A DNA stretch of 64,000 nt, from the NCBI GenBank assembly GCA_965113315.1, contig OZ220363.1. The stretch is one strand, 5' to 3'. A program made the position numbers and the translations under genes. The stretch comes from Podarcis vaucheri (Eukaryota). The stretch's first letter is position 1; each line of letters begins with the position of its first letter. Below the pieces are notes generated by a model. It had not been told where the DNA came from. It was given only the letters and a program-made list of their open reading frames with translations, and did no database searches. Below are positions 63,888 through 64,000 of this stretch, piece by piece.

Positions 63888-63952
<65 letters not shown>

Positions 63953-64000
63953 CACACACGTTACTGTATTTGAACTTGGAACATTTCTGCTCACGCAACA

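Larger units (their letters stand above)
62059..63889 (-). mobile_element. 5'-truncated Penelope-like retroelement (Penelope/Poseidon-type) with inverted pseudo-LTR, inserted in an (AT)n microsatellite
   Basis: RT C-terminal motifs and GIY-YIG endonuclease on minus strand; 312-bp inverted repeat 62059-62370 / 63394-63705; (AT)n on both sides. Confidence 0.93.

Overview
Vertebrate genomic DNA from a squamate reptile, most likely a lacertid lizard judging by its Sauria/Squam1, Squam3-type and tRNA-Lys/CR1 SINEs. It covers the conserved ERMN - CYTIP - ACVR1C block, all on the minus strand: complete ERMN (3 coding exons, 268 aa), complete CYTIP (8 coding exons, 354 aa), and the last coding exon plus 3' UTR of ACVR1C (ALK7). 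Exons were read by hand from GT-AG boundaries with consistent phases. The rest is intron and intergenic DNA rich in hAT and Tc1/mariner MITEs, SINEs, LINE fragments, solo LTRs and microsatellites. Most notable: (1) two Penelope-like insertions of apparently different families, each built as an inverted repeat and each carrying a minimal hammerhead-ribozyme motif antisense to its host gene; (2) a CpG-rich hAT-type element next to CYTIP carrying tandem copies of the immunoglobulin heavy-chain heptamer-octamer motif and two NF-kB sites; (3) a 165-bp locally templated inverted duplication joined to a LINE-like tail inside a target-site duplication; (4) a 5S rRNA pseudogene abutting a tRNA-SINE; (5) a MITE family carrying TTAGGG units. 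No database searches were run; family names come from recalled consensus features.
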